Assembly: GCA_003707115.1 (NCBI GenBank) | Contig: PPNB01000003.1 | Coordinates: 124,001 to 188,000 of the forward strand | Length of the DNA: 64,000 nt | From: Tortispora ganteri | Taxonomy: Eukaryota | Direction: 5' to 3' | Shown: piece by piece, positions 1 to 10,949 of the stretch | Layout of the letters: every line of letters begins with the position of its first letter | Position numbering within the stretch: the first letter of the stretch is position 1 | Made by a program: the position numbers and the translations under genes | The notes under the pieces: generated by a model | What the model saw: the letters and a program-made list of their open reading frames with translations, nothing else | The model's database searches: none | What the model was told of the DNA's origin: nothing

Positions 1-516
1 CTCCGTGCAGACAGGCTCACTTGGGAGAGAGCCGTGAAACAGGTAGAGAGAGTGGTCAGTTTCGTGTGCACCAAGTACAGATTTTGGAGATGTGGTGTGG
101 GCGGAGTCAATAAAGTTGAGAGATGCGCAAAACATTCCTGACAAGCTATTTGCAAGTAAGAACCAGGATGCCTCGGCGTCAGAGTAGGAGTCAGCTGCAA
201 TACGGGCCCAGAGTTCTACACCTGTTCCAGCGATATTGGCGCCATTGTTCGGAGTGAGGCCCCAATTGTCTGCATCCCAATAGCCCTTTCCAAAACGAAG
301 ATGAAGTTCTGAAGCATTAGAAGATGCAAGAATACCCTCAAGAACACGCGGGAACAGCTGGTGGTGGTGTGAGACAGCACTGGACAGGTTGAAGTCAAAC
401 GAGACGAGCCAGTGCTCGCCGGTCATGGGCGTGATATCAAGCCGCTCATCATATGCATTAGCCAACACGCCAGAGGTTAATGTCAGCAGCAGCACCCACA
501 AATCCAGCAACTTCAT
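1..516 (-). CDS. GPI16: GPI transamidase subunit Gpi16/PIG-T, 5' part (runs off window start)
   Basis: Manual translation from ATG at 516: MKLLDLWVLLLTLTSGVLANAY (signal peptide)...ELHLRFGKGYWD...GTGVELWA...LSGMFCASLNFID...LPSEPVCTE, which are PIG-T/Gpi16 motifs. No stop before position 1. Not in the ORF track. Confidence 0.93.
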   Translation of the reverse strand, partial: MKLLDLWVLLLTLTSGVLANAYDERLDITPMTGEHWLVSFDFNLSSAVSHHHQLFPRVLEGILASSNASELHLRFGKGYWDADNWGLTPNNGANIAGTGVELWARIAADSYSDAEASWFLLANSLSGMFCASLNFIDSAHTTSPKSVLGAHETDHSLYLFHGSLPSEPVCTE

Positions 517-916
517 CAAAATGAGGCAAAATTGTCAGATAGAAGGTACTATGGTGATCGGATTCGGCGCCGGTTTTTATTCGAGTAATCCGTGCTTTAA
601 CTGGGGTTGGGTTCGTGTAACGCCAAAGGGACTAGACTAGTGATCCTCAATATCGTTGGTTGTACGCGTTTCCATAGCAACCATAAATTGCCTAAGCAAA
701 AAAAAAAAAACTAATAAGTTGACCTTTCGCGATTAAAGCAAAGTTCAGGAAACATTCATCCTAAACAACCCCACCCCCCTTTGCGCCGTAAAATAGTGCA
801 GAAAAGCCCACTCAAACAGAATTATTAAGACTGTTTATTATATAAATATTGTGGTGCTAATACAAGTGTTTGCGTCTTAGAGTATTGTGCTATCTGAGCT
901 CGCTGCACGGCGTATA

Positions 917-3900
917 ATGGACTACTCTTATCAAAGCCCTGCGGCAGATGCGAAGGTTTCGCATAGTCATGACTCTTCAGTCACAGATACCTCCTCTGTC
1001 GCTCTAGGACAGGCAGTAACGCATTACGATTCTATTAATTCGAATCTTTCGGAAGCTTTGCATACTTTACCGCGCGATCGCTCCTCTTTTGAAGTCGCTG
1101 TTTCTCAGGTCCCAGGCGCATTCCCCATCAATGAGTCGCGTTCTCCTGATCTCACCATCGAACCAGCTTCAGAACCAACACCAGAATCAGCACCAGAGAC
1201 CGCTGCTGACTGCTCTTTAGACACGGTAGAGTCTTTGCAAGCACTCGACCTGGACCAGGAACCTAGACAACAGCTCGAAGTTCCCTCATCATCTCTCCTG
1301 AATATCGGCACTGATCGCTACTCTGACATATCGCTAACTCCCGTCTCGACAGCAGCCGCCCAGAACCCGCCTCAACCTATAAACCCTGTGGCTCAGATCA
1401 TATCGGACTACTCCTCAGGATCAGACACCTCGCTCCAGTCGTCACCGAATCACGTCACCCGCTCAGACAATGACACAGATGCCTGCGACGACACTCGCGA
1501 CCGGTCTCGCGACGATAGCCAACCTGCCGTTGCAATAACACAGGAACCACTTTCAGAAAATACTCCTGAAAATTTGCGAAAAGATAGTCCCGCTAAAATT
1601 GATTCCACACCTAGTGATACCGTATCGGAACCGCTGACGGAACAAAAATCTAGCACAGAACATGGCTCTTATAACGAACAAAGCTCTCAAACGGCTAGCT
1701 CTATAACTGAACCGTCGTCTATAACCATAGATTCGGCAGAACCAAAATCTGAAACTCAAAGAGAATCTTTGCGAGACACTCGCTCTGCTTCTGCCAATTC
1801 ACACTCGTTCATGCACGCACCTAGACTACCTGATGACAAAGCCACTCTTTCACGTAAAGCCAAAAGAGACAAGAAAACGAAAAGTGTTTTCAACTCTTTT
1901 ATGACAAGTATCAAAATAGGAAAGAAAGACTCAAGCACGCCTCTACCGACTAAACTGGAAATATCTAGCCCGTTTGAAATGAAGCATGTAACTCATGTTG
2001 GCTATAATGCCGATACAAAGCAATATGAAGGCTTACCTATGGAATGGAGAAATTTGCTGGAGAGCTCTGGTATTTCTAAGAAAGACATTGAAAGCCATCC
2101 TCAGGAAGTGTATGATATAGTTCAGTTTTATTCAGACCAGAACGCGCAAAATCCCGTCGAAAGAGCTTGGAATAAAATGCAACGGGCACCTTCCAAGGGG
2201 AGCAATTTTTCGCCAGCGGTATCCGATGAGTCTGGATCATTTCATTCTCCGAAGGCGTCTTCAAATTTCATAGCTACTCCAAGATTTCCGCAGAACCATG
2301 AAGGAATCTTTGAGCACCCGCGACCTGCACCTCCGCCGCCAAAGAGCGCATCATCCACACCGAGAATTGGTTTTGGAACATCTGTATTCACGCCGTCCTC
2401 TAATCTAACCAAGCAACGCTCTCCTAATGTTTCTACCACATCAAGGAAAACCTCGCCTACTATCCCACAAGGGTTCAGTGGAATTGATTCTACTATGACA
2501 AACACTTCACAGCAGCCGGACACTGCCTCCTCTCCCCCTCAGCTGAGGTCTAGTGTTCTTTCAAATGCGCTAAGGCCTCTAGACATTAGTAGTTTGGACG
2601 CCCCTGAGTATCCATTTTCTTCCCAGACGAGACGTGGATCTGAAGGTAGCGCTTCTCCTACTACTCCAAGCTTCTTGAAACGCCCACCTATTTTACCGCC
2701 GGATGATTCACCAGTGCCGGCTACTTTCCCTTCTGCGTTAGATTCTGGAAGCCCTGTCATGGCTCAACATGCATTACGGACGCCTGACATGACTGAAGAT
2801 AACTATCATTCATTCTCAAAGTTTCCTCCATCTGCAGGATCCACACAGTCGTCGCATACCCAATCGCCTCATAGAAGAAAAGAACACAGCGGAATGATAT
2901 TGAACAACGATTCGCCGTTGCCTCCTCTTCCTATAAATACCGCTAGAGTTGCAAAACCGCGCGTGGACTCTAAGGATCATATGAATGAGGAACAGGCAGC
3001 AAGGAAACGAGAAGCGAGACGATTGCGCGATATAGAGACTTACAGGAAGCTGACTGACATTTGCGAGCAGACCGACCCTGCATTACAGTATCGCAAGTTC
3101 CATAAGATTGGGCAGGGAGCGTCTGGAGGAGTTTATACGGCATATGAGGTGGGCACTAATCATTGTGTCGCCGTGAAGCAAATGAGTTTGCAAGATCAGC
3201 CTAAGAAGGAACTAATTATTAACGAGATTATGGTAATGAAAGAGTCAAAGCATAAGAACATTGTGAATTTCATAAATTCATACCTATGGCAAGGAGACCT
3301 CTGGGTAGTGATGGAGTTTATGGAAGGAGGATCGTTGACGGATGTTGTCACTTACAATATGATGTCCGAAGGGCAAATAGCGGCGGTATGCCGTGAGACA
3401 CTGTATGGACTGTCTCATCTGCACAAGCACGGTGTGATTCACCGTGATATAAAATCAGACAACATTCTTCTCTCTATGAATGGGGATATCAAGCTGACAG
3501 ATTTTGGATTTTGTGCGCAAATGAACGATACAGCTGCTAAGCGGACGACTATGGTTGGCACGCCGTATTGGATGGCACCTGAAGTAGTCACAAGAAAAGA
3601 ATACGGTTGCAAGGTGGATATATGGAGTCTTGGAATTATGGCTATTGAGATGATTGAAGGAGAACCACCGTATCTCACTGAGACGCCGTTGAGGGCACTT
3701 TACTTTATCGCGACCAATGGTACACCAGATCTGAAAGACCCAGATGCGATTTCGACGTTATTAAAATCATTTTTAGCGTGGACGTTGCAGGTAAATCCTG
3801 AGAAGAGGGCTAGCACCGACGAATTGTTGAAGCACCCCTTTATTCAGCAGGCTGCTGAGCTGTCTACACTTGCGCCGCTAGTGCGAGCTGCACGTGCGGC

Positions 3901-4195
3901 GAAGGCTTCTGAGAAGAAAGAGACGAGTGGGAATAGTCCGAGCCAGGGACATGGGCATGGGCATGGACATGGAAACTCGCCTGCACAAGTGCAATATTAT
4001 CATAAGACGGCGAAGGGACAGTCTCCGACGTCCGTGAAGTCGCCTGTGCTACCTCCGGACGGGATGGCAGCGCCGCCGATGCCCGAGAAGGCGCCTGGAC
4101 GGGCTGCCAAGCCAACTGACGGCTCCGATAATGATGCGGGACATGATTATCTAGTGACAGAGCACGAGCACCGTCCGTTACAGCCTGTTGGATGA
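917..4195 (+). CDS. STE20: PAK family Ser/Thr kinase Ste20
   Basis: CRIB motif [15 protein letters not shown]; kinase domain IGQGASGGV...HRDIKSDN...DFG...[10 protein letters not shown]-beta-binding-like [11 protein letters not shown]; no PH domain. First ATG is at 917 (the track start at 887 is GTG). Confidence 0.93.
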   Translation: MDYSYQSPAADAKVSHSHDSSVTDTSSVALGQAVTHYDSINSNLSEALHTLPRDRSSFEVAVSQVPGAFPINESRSPDLTIEPASEPTPESAPETAADCSLDTVESLQALDLDQEPRQQLEVPSSSLLNIGTDRYSDISLTPVSTAAAQNPPQPINPVAQIISDYSSGSDTSLQSSPNHVTRSDNDTDACDDTRDRSRDDSQPAVAITQEPLSENTPENLRKDSPAKIDSTPSDTVSEPLTEQKSSTEHGSYNEQSSQTASSITEPSSITIDSAEPKSETQRESLRDTRSASANSHSFMHAPRLPDDKATLSRKAKRDKKTKSVFNSFMTSIKIGKKDSSTPLPTKLEISSPFEMKHVTHVGYNADTKQYEGLPMEWRNLLESSGISKKDIESHPQEVYDIVQFYSDQNAQNPVERAWNKMQRAPSKGSNFSPAVSDESGSFHSPKASSNFIATPRFPQNHEGIFEHPRPAPPPPKSASSTPRIGFGTSVFTPSSNLTKQRSPNVSTTSRKTSPTIPQGFSGIDSTMTNTSQQPDTASSPPQLRSSVLSNALRPLDISSLDAPEYPFSSQTRRGSEGSASPTTPSFLKRPPILPPDDSPVPATFPSALDSGSPVMAQHALRTPDMTEDNYHSFSKFPPSAGSTQSSHTQSPHRRKEHSGMILNNDSPLPPLPINTARVAKPRVDSKDHMNEEQAARKREARRLRDIETYRKLTDICEQTDPALQYRKFHKIGQGASGGVYTAYEVGTNHCVAVKQMSLQDQPKKELIINEIMVMKESKHKNIVNFINSYLWQGDLWVVMEFMEGGSLTDVVTYNMMSEGQIAAVCRETLYGLSHLHKHGVIHRDIKSDNILLSMNGDIKLTDFGFCAQMNDTAAKRTTMVGTPYWMAPEVVTRKEYGCKVDIWSLGIMAIEMIEGEPPYLTETPLRALYFIATNGTPDLKDPDAISTLLKSFLAWTLQVNPEKRASTDELLKHPFIQQAAELSTLAPLVRAARAAKASEKKETSGNSPSQGHGHGHGHGNSPAQVQYYHKTAKGQSPTSVKSPVLPPDGMAAPPMPEKAPGRAAKPTDGSDNDAGHDYLVTEHEHRPLQPVG
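3947..3973 (+). repeat. (GGRCAT)n coding microsatellite encoding GHGHGHGHG
   Basis: ggacatgggcatgggcatggacatgga in the STE20 C-terminal tail. Confidence 0.8.
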
Positions 4196-4619
4196 CGTGC
4201 GTGTACGAGACATATGTAATACAATCGCGGACATAGCCGAACAGGTATGATGGGTGTAGTCGTAAGCGACCATGAGAATAAAGTTTACATTACGTGGCCG
4301 AGATCTGGGGATATATAGGCTTCATATTTTTGCACTATTTGATATATTAGATATTATGAGCAGTGAAGTTGCATTACGAGATACAAGAATTGAGCAGGGT
4401 GGTGGGGAAATCCGTATAATTGGTGCTACAGAACAAACAGTGATTGAGCAAGTGACAGGACCATTCAAGCCTGGTGAAACTTTAATTTTTGATTGGGTAC
4501 TACCTGAGGCACATCCGCGAGACTTCGACAGAGAGGCTGAGGCCAAACAAGTGCGGATTCATACAGCGAAAAGTGTTAAGGAGCTGAAAAAGAAGCTGAA
4601 GGATTTTGAGAAGAAAAGA

Positions 4620-6107
4620 ATGTTTAGATCTACAGCGGTGAATCCATTAGAAGGCGCAGTGGCGAAAGCTACTGATGAGAATTTGACGGCTGAGAACTGG
4701 GAATTCATTTTGGACGTCTGCGACAAGATCAACGAGGATGCAGAGAATGGCGCAAAAAATGGTGTGGCAGCATTAACGAAACGCCTTACGAACAATGCGA
4801 AATCGGCGAATGTAGTCATGTACTGTCTGACATTAGCACACGCCATGTCACAGAACTGCGGTATTAAAGCACAAGTTGAACTGGCGTCTAAGCCTTTCAC
4901 ACAGGCGCTGCTGAAAATTGGCAAGGACAAATCAATACACGCTAAAGTGAAAACGCGTTTGCTTGAAGTCATGGAAGAGCTTAGTAATCAGTACCGGTCA
5001 GATCCGTCACTACGGCTGATGCAGGATGCCTACGAGAAGCTTCGGCGCGACGTACCGGGCATCAAGCCCCCAGAGAAGCCAGACAAACAGAGAATTACCA
5101 ATGCCGACAGGCAAAAAGAGGAAGAAGAACTCAGAATTGCATTGGCTATGTCTTTGTCAGAGCTTGATGTGAATGGTGGCGAATCGCAGCCACAACAGCA
5201 GACTCAGTCAAACGAGACTCAGAACACTGTAGCAGCGTCAGCAGACGACGAGAAACCTGAACCTGCAATGACTCCGGCGACAGTTTCACGAGTGAAAGCG
5301 CTGTATGACTTTTCGCGGTCTGAGCCTGGAGAGCTGTCGTTCAGGAAGGGCGATGTCATAACGGTCCTGGACGCGGTGTACCGGGACTGGTGGCGTGGAT
5401 CACTGCGGGGCGAGATAGGCATATTCCCGCTGAACTACGTCACACCTGTAACGCCACCTACTGCGGAAGAGCTTGCAGAGGAAGCTGCACAGGAAGCTAA
5501 AGTGTTTGCGGAGTTCAAAAACATCGAAAAGCTGCTGTCGATTCTGACCAGTATGGACGATCGCGGTGCATCGTCCAGCATAGCTGACGACGTAGAGCTG
5601 CAAAACTTGTACCAGACCACGCAGGCAATTCGACCCAAACTGGTCAACTTGATCGACAAATATTCGCAGAAGAATGATGAGCTAATGAAACTTAGCGAGA
5701 AATTTCAAACAGCCAAAGAGAAGTACGACCGGCTCATGGAGGAGTCTATTGCACAGCATAGACAGTCATCCATGTATGGAGCACGACCATCATTTGATAG
5801 AATACAATATGGATATAGTGGTGCACCTACTGCTGCGACGATTATGGGGCCATCAGCACCAGTAGGGTTGCAGCCAGATCAAGGACAGTACAGTACGCCA
5901 CATACACCGTACATGACCAGCGCGGTTCCGGGGGCGCTGCAGCCGCAACCAACATCCAGCTACGCAAGCGCACCTTTGCAGTACAATAGGCCCAGTGAGC
6001 CGTATCGCGTGGATGGATCGCAGCTACAACCGAGTGAACCCCAGTTGCAGCCAGGAACAGGTAGTGTGCCGTATGGCGGAAACTCGCAGAACCCGTGGAA
6101 GAATTAA
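4620..6107 (+). CDS. HSE1: ESCRT-0 subunit Hse1 (VHS-UIM-SH3); possible in-frame N-terminal extension from 4356 or 4272
   Basis: VHS start MFRSTAVNPLEGAVAKATDENLTAENWEFILDVCDKI; UIM EEEELRIALAMSLSE; SH3 VKALYDF...YRDWWRG...GIFPLNYV. Confidence 0.92.
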   Translation: MFRSTAVNPLEGAVAKATDENLTAENWEFILDVCDKINEDAENGAKNGVAALTKRLTNNAKSANVVMYCLTLAHAMSQNCGIKAQVELASKPFTQALLKIGKDKSIHAKVKTRLLEVMEELSNQYRSDPSLRLMQDAYEKLRRDVPGIKPPEKPDKQRITNADRQKEEEELRIALAMSLSELDVNGGESQPQQQTQSNETQNTVAASADDEKPEPAMTPATVSRVKALYDFSRSEPGELSFRKGDVITVLDAVYRDWWRGSLRGEIGIFPLNYVTPVTPPTAEELAEEAAQEAKVFAEFKNIEKLLSILTSMDDRGASSSIADDVELQNLYQTTQAIRPKLVNLIDKYSQKNDELMKLSEKFQTAKEKYDRLMEESIAQHRQSSMYGARPSFDRIQYGYSGAPTAATIMGPSAPVGLQPDQGQYSTPHTPYMTSAVPGALQPQPTSSYASAPLQYNRPSEPYRVDGSQLQPSEPQLQPGTGSVPYGGNSQNPWKN

Positions 6108-6255
6108 CACTATATGTATTAGTATTTTGATGAGCGGACATTGAAATAGAATATTGAAAGGGCTGAGTGTGGTAGTTGCGGAATAACGGTGGCGAGTTGA
6201 AAAAAATCGCTGACGCCTCTTGCACACAGACTTCGACAAACACACAACGACAAAT

Positions 6256-6595
6256 ATGAGTAGCTCAGCATACACAGCAGAATCACAGGTAAGGAAAGAG
6301 ATTATCCAGAAAGAAGATATATTTTGATATTAACTAATAGAATAATGCAAGATTAGAAACCCTAGCATCGAAATTAAGTGCACTAAGACAAGTTACAAAT
6401 GATATCAATAACCAGGCATCAGATCACCATTTTATTGATTCAGCAAATGACGCTTTTGCGAACCTAGGCTCTTCAATAAGACAATCTTCTACCCGGCTGC
6501 AGCGGTCAATACAGTCTGCACCGCCGCTAGTGAAAACCTCTATGATGACAATAGCCCTGTTCTTCCTTTTCTATACTTTATGGAAGTGGATCTAG
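6256..6595 (+). CDS. SFT1: Golgi Qc-SNARE Sft1, 2 exons (6256-6288, 6341-6595), 95 aa
   Basis: Spliced translation MSSSAYTAESQ/NNARLETLASKLSALRQVTNDINNQASD...RLQRSIQS...IALFFLFYTLWKWI: a SNARE coil plus C-terminal TM resembling yeast Sft1. The 52-nt intron reads GTAAGG...TAACTAATAG. Not in the ORF track. Confidence 0.88.
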
Positions 6596-6731
6596 ATGAT
6601 TGCAGGCGGAGTATATGTGCCACCCCCCCCTGCTTGCGCTGATAACTATCTACGACTCGACGCTGTTTAATTGGCTTAATATTAATCTTTTCGTTTTTTT
6701 TTTTTTTTCGCTTTTTTCGTCTTACATTAGT

Positions 6732-7541
6732 TTAGGACTCAGAAGGACCTCCGCCAATATCCTGTCCGATTTTGTATCCGGCGATAGCTCTATCCCATTC
6801 GATTTTCGACTTTGTGACCGGCAGCTGTCTGCGCAGTTGCTTGAACTCTTTCTCTCCAAGCTCGGTAATGCCAGTGTTTAACTGGACTTGGTAGTCCTTT
6901 TCGAATAGCGCAATTGTATCTATTAAAGCGTCAGTAGAACCGACTGCAATTGTCTTTTCATCACTTTTTGCCAGCAAGCGTACATTGCCGTCTTCGTAGT
7001 AGTGCACATCCACAGATGCCGATGCACGTAGTTCGCCACTGCTCGTGTTGTAGAGATAGACAGATTTCCACCGGCCGTTCCAAAAATTGCTAGGGTTCAA
7101 GCGGCTGCCGATGATAACAATTGCTAGCTCATTCGCAGATAGCGGCACGGCGGTATAGCCCGAGTCCGACGGGTAGTAGGTCCGCAGGTAAGCAGCCAAC
7201 GACTGGACGAGCGTAGCGTATCCTGGGAAGGAGTGCGGATGAGTATACGACTCAACCGAAGAGGAAGCCGATGTCTGGAATGAGTAGCTGAAACTCTTTC
7301 CAGCTTCGACGTCAAAAAACCGGTTAAGCCCAGACTTGTTATAGGTGCTTACGACGATCTGACGGTTACAGGCTTCCACAGATGCCAATTCCGCATATTC
7401 TGCGCCGAACTCGGCTACATGGCCGGCAATTGCAGAATTGACCGAGTCGTCCGTCAGAAGTTGAATATCTTTAAGCACATTCTGTAGCTCACCAGGCGGC
7501 GACTGTACAATTAGCGACGCTGCGATATCGGTCTTGGACAT
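6732..7541 (-). CDS. CAP1: F-actin capping protein alpha subunit
   Basis: QSPPGELQNVLKDI, NPSNFWNGRWKS, VDVHYYEDGNVRL and FKQLRRQLPVTKSKIEW motifs; ATG at 7541. Confidence 0.93.
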   Translation of the reverse strand: MSKTDIAASLIVQSPPGELQNVLKDIQLLTDDSVNSAIAGHVAEFGAEYAELASVEACNRQIVVSTYNKSGLNRFFDVEAGKSFSYSFQTSASSSVESYTHPHSFPGYATLVQSLAAYLRTYYPSDSGYTAVPLSANELAIVIIGSRLNPSNFWNGRWKSVYLYNTSSGELRASASVDVHYYEDGNVRLLAKSDEKTIAVGSTDALIDTIALFEKDYQVQLNTGITELGEKEFKQLRRQLPVTKSKIEWDRAIAGYKIGQDIGGGPSES

Positions 7542-7730
7542 TGTGGTGTGGTAGCGGTGAGAGACACTGGCCCAGGATTTGGGAGGAGCGCCTTCCCCCC
7601 CTCTAGAGAAGGGAGCTGGGACGCGCACGGCCGGTTGGATCAGCGCGGTGTGGCGCACATTTGACCCGTTTCGCAGCGCTTCTAAGGCGGATAAAATATA
7701 AATGAACTTGAAACGATTGTGAAGTTACAG

Positions 7731-8093
7731 TTAGCTGTCTTCAGACATGTAGCCAGAAGCCTCACTACAGGAGACGTAGCCCTGTTCGAGCAGGTCACCC
7801 AAGCCGCGTTCGGCAGGCACAGAGGATGGGATAGTTGCTGTTTCTGCAGTGGATTCGAATATCATATCGGGTGGCGAGGGTAGTGACAGGTAGATATCAG
7901 AATCTTCTGAGAATGAGTCTTCTATATACGAGTTTTCAATTTCGTTATTAGTACAATACGTAGCGATGAAGTCGTATTCGTCTTCCCACCAGGGCGTGTT
8001 AGGCACGATCAGGTACTGTGCCTCATCAAGGCTCGCACTACCCTCATCCATGCTATCCGGAATGTAGTCAATGTACTCGACACTGTCGGTCAT
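7731..8093 (-). CDS. Hypothetical highly acidic protein, 120 aa
   Basis: ATG at 8093 (acaATG) opens a D/E/S/Y-rich ORF (MTDSVEYIDYIPDSMDEG...) that fills the gap between tRNA-Asp and CAP1; no recognised domain. Confidence 0.55.
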   Translation of the reverse strand: MTDSVEYIDYIPDSMDEGSASLDEAQYLIVPNTPWWEDEYDFIATYCTNNEIENSYIEDSFSEDSDIYLSLPSPPDMIFESTAETATIPSSVPAERGLGDLLEQGYVSCSEASGYMSEDS

Positions 8094-8148
8094 TGTGCGT
8101 TGGAAAGGCTCCAAAAGACAATAGAAAGAAAAAAAATAAAAACAGAAG

Positions 8149-8220
8149 CTCGGCAACGGGGAATCGAACCCCGGTCTCCCGCGTGACAGGCGGAGATTCT
8201 GGCCACTAAACTATTGCCGA
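8149..8220 (-). tRNA. tRNA-Asp(GTC)
   Basis: Reverse complement TCGGCAATAGTTTAGTGGCCAGAATCTCCGCCTGTCACGCGGGAGACCGGGGTTCGATTCCCCGTTGCCGAG: 72-nt cloverleaf, GTC anticodon, G73, downstream T-run. Confidence 0.97.
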
Positions 8221-8423
8221 ATGGAATACACCATAGATACGTCTCAGATAAATTATGAGCTAAAAATATGTGTAAAGTAGGGTTATTGGGGTTTTATTAA
8301 AGGACATTATAAAAAACTTACTTCAGTGTAATCGAGTATAGGCTAGCTGCGTTTTGTACCAGAACACTCTGCGACTAGATAAGATACGTTGCGGCACTGA
8401 TTGCAAGCAAAGAAAGTATAGAA

Positions 8424-9023
8424 ATGATGATGAGACGACTGTTCAGCAATGGACAGGTACTGAACGCGAAACAACCGCGAGTAGTACGAGTGCAGCTATT
8501 GAAGAACGTAGAGAGTTTCGGCCATCGAGGGCAAATTCTGGAAGTACCCAGTTCGATTATGCGAAATTTTCTTTATCGGAACGGGCGGGCAACATATTTG
8601 AATAAGGGCGAAGAGCCGCCGATTCCTGTTGTAAGTGAAGCGGATGTTGCAGCGATGAAAGCAGAACAGGAAAAAGCAGTTGAAGCAGTGAACGAGGTCA
8701 AGAAGAGCTTGTTCACAAACACGTCTTTGTTTAAGAAAATAGATAAAAGTGTATCGAGTCAGACGATAGACGTGAACAATCCAGCAATAGTACGGTATTC
8801 GCTGGATCTGCTGCAGGAGTCTCTCCCGGCGAAACTTCTAGTGGATAATATTGATGCCAACACTATAGCGGAGCAGATCAGCAAGTTAGGCGGCATTACA
8901 GTTGATCCTGCGTGGCTTAGATTTGGTGCTGAGACAGATAACAGCGTCGACGTGACTATTAAAGTGCATGAAGACTCACCATACGTGGTGAAGCGCATCG
9001 TTCAGAAGACGCAATCACATTAA
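8424..9023 (+). CDS. MRPL50: Mitochondrial ribosomal protein bL9m (MrpL50-like)
   Basis: Arg-rich presequence-like start, then the L9 N-terminal motif VQLLKNVESFGHRGQILEVPSSIMRNFLYRNGRATY. Confidence 0.75.
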   Translation: MMMRRLFSNGQVLNAKQPRVVRVQLLKNVESFGHRGQILEVPSSIMRNFLYRNGRATYLNKGEEPPIPVVSEADVAAMKAEQEKAVEAVNEVKKSLFTNTSLFKKIDKSVSSQTIDVNNPAIVRYSLDLLQESLPAKLLVDNIDANTIAEQISKLGGITVDPAWLRFGAETDNSVDVTIKVHEDSPYVVKRIVQKTQSH

Positions 9024-9271
9024 TACTTTGCAATGCACGCTATGACATACCATAACACTTTTAAACATTCATATATCTGCACTCTGGATATACTGTATAT
9101 AATATCAAGGTCATTGATGACTTTGTTTTATTTAGATATTCTAATTGTTTACCTGCACGTGATCGCCGAGATAGATGGTGAACGCCCGCTTAGGACTACC
9201 ACCCCCACCTCACACCCATCCCCATCTGATCCCCAAAAAAGCGACCTACCACCTAACAACAGCTAAACATA

Positions 9272-10465
9272 ATGTCAGATATAGGCGCTGAACGAGCACA
9301 ATCTGTACCTGCGAGTCAGTTAGGTATGTGGACTTCATTCTTGAAGTCGTTGGCATCATATAACGGCGACTTGTCGTCAATGACTGCACCTCCATTCATC
9401 CTTTCGAGCGTGTCATTGACCGAGTACTCGCAGTTCTGGACTGAAATTTCTGATTTATTCACGGGTCCGGCTTCCGAGCCTGACCCGGAGAAACGTATGG
9501 TCGCCGTTGTGAAATGGTTCATTGGAACGCTCCGTGGCCAGTACTGCTCCCGCTCAGAGAATCTCGGTTCAGAAAAGAAACCACTTAATCCATTCTTGGG
9601 CGAGATCTTCGTCGGCCAATGGTCTAACGGATCGGAAGATGATAAAACCGTACTCGTGTCCGAACAGGTCTCTCATCATCCGCCAGTCACCGCATACAAT
9701 ATCTGGAATGACAAGCATGGCGTCCAGCTTCAGGGATTCAATGGTATTAAGTCCTCCATCTCCGCAACCAGTCTCACCATCACGGTCAAGCAGGTAGGCC
9801 ACGCTATACTCCACGTCAAGAAGTTTGACGAGTACTACTTGATTACGCTCCCAGCGCTTCATATAGAAGGCCTTTTTGCTGGCGCACCCTTCGTCGAGCT
9901 CGAAAAGAAAACCCACATCGTCTCTAGCTCGGGCTACGTGGCAGAAATAGACTACTCCGGACGCGGATACTTCTCGGGCAAGAAAAACTCTTTCAAGGCC
10001 AAAATTGCCTCCCTGCAGCACAGATCTTCCCCGCTTTATTCCATCAAGGGCCGCTGGTCTAAGGTCTCCAACATTAAGGATGAGAAAACCGGCTCAGAAG
10101 AGCTCTTCTGGGACGCAGAGAAAGCAATTAGAGCGCCTCTCGAAGTCAAACCCATTGAACAACAGCTCGACAAAGAGTCGCGAAAGGCCTGGCAGAAAGT
10201 TGCAGAAGCAGTAAAGCTAGGTGATTACTCTCTCATCCAGGCCGAGAAGTCCAAGATCGAGAATGAACAGCGCGAAATGAGAAAAATTGAGCAAGAAAAC
10301 GGTACAAAATGGCAACATGAGTTCTTCGTCGAGAACCCCGATCCGTCCGTCGATCCCTTTGAGAAAGCATATCTCAATCTTGCCCCTCTAATAGACCTTA
10401 CTCCCGAGCCAGTAAGGTACCGCTTTAGCCAAGAAATGTACGCAAAAAGTGCCTACAGACCATAA
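9272..10465 (+). CDS. KES1: Oxysterol-binding protein homolog Kes1/Osh4
   Basis: GDLSSMTAPPFILS, SEKKPLNPFLGE, OSBP signature EQVSHHPP, KSKIENEQR. Confidence 0.9.
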   Translation: MSDIGAERAQSVPASQLGMWTSFLKSLASYNGDLSSMTAPPFILSSVSLTEYSQFWTEISDLFTGPASEPDPEKRMVAVVKWFIGTLRGQYCSRSENLGSEKKPLNPFLGEIFVGQWSNGSEDDKTVLVSEQVSHHPPVTAYNIWNDKHGVQLQGFNGIKSSISATSLTITVKQVGHAILHVKKFDEYYLITLPALHIEGLFAGAPFVELEKKTHIVSSSGYVAEIDYSGRGYFSGKKNSFKAKIASLQHRSSPLYSIKGRWSKVSNIKDEKTGSEELFWDAEKAIRAPLEVKPIEQQLDKESRKAWQKVAEAVKLGDYSLIQAEKSKIENEQREMRKIEQENGTKWQHEFFVENPDPSVDPFEKAYLNLAPLIDLTPEPVRYRFSQEMYAKSAYRP

Positions 10466-10949
10466 GTTGCCATATTTTCAAACCTTTACTTGAGCCTTTA
10501 CGCCTGCTTTACAGACGTACATGGCCAGCAAACCCTCTCTGTTCGCTTGCCACACCTTTTTCGGGTAACTCCCAACACAAGTGTTTTTCTCTATTTTTCT
10601 CGTTCCTTGCCAGCTTTCCTTCCTCGTCTTCCTACTCACCGACTGCTCATCTATTCTGTTTTGCTCTGATATAAGTTAATCGTTTATAGTCTTAATCTGT
10701 TGCCTATAATATTTGCAGTGTAACACACGATTTTGCCTCTTGGCCGCACCGTATATCCTGAAAGAGCATTGGTTCGCGGATCTGCCCAGCAATTTCAAAC
10801 CCTAACCTGCTCACACTCCCACCGTCCACTTCAACGTTCCGACCGTTTGCCTCATACCTAAAAACCCGCCAACTTATTGAGTCTCTTTGCGTCAAGACAT
10901 ACACAGCTCTATTGCAATAACGCAAGGTAACTTGGTTGCTAGGTAGTGC

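Noticed and set aside
3492..3510. Possible CUG codon reassignment
   Set aside because: CTG encodes the conserved Leu of the kinase KLTDFG motif, consistent with the standard code.
6129..6213. Box C/D snoRNA-like TGATGA...CTGA...CTGA
   Set aside because: No terminal stem or recognisable rRNA guide, and it lies in a 148-bp terminator/promoter spacer.
7542..7658. N-terminal extensions in the ORF track for CAP1, UBC9, PBA2, ABCB copy B and the CBM48 gene
   Set aside because: They start at GTG/TTG with UTR-like composition; the first ATG matches the expected family start.
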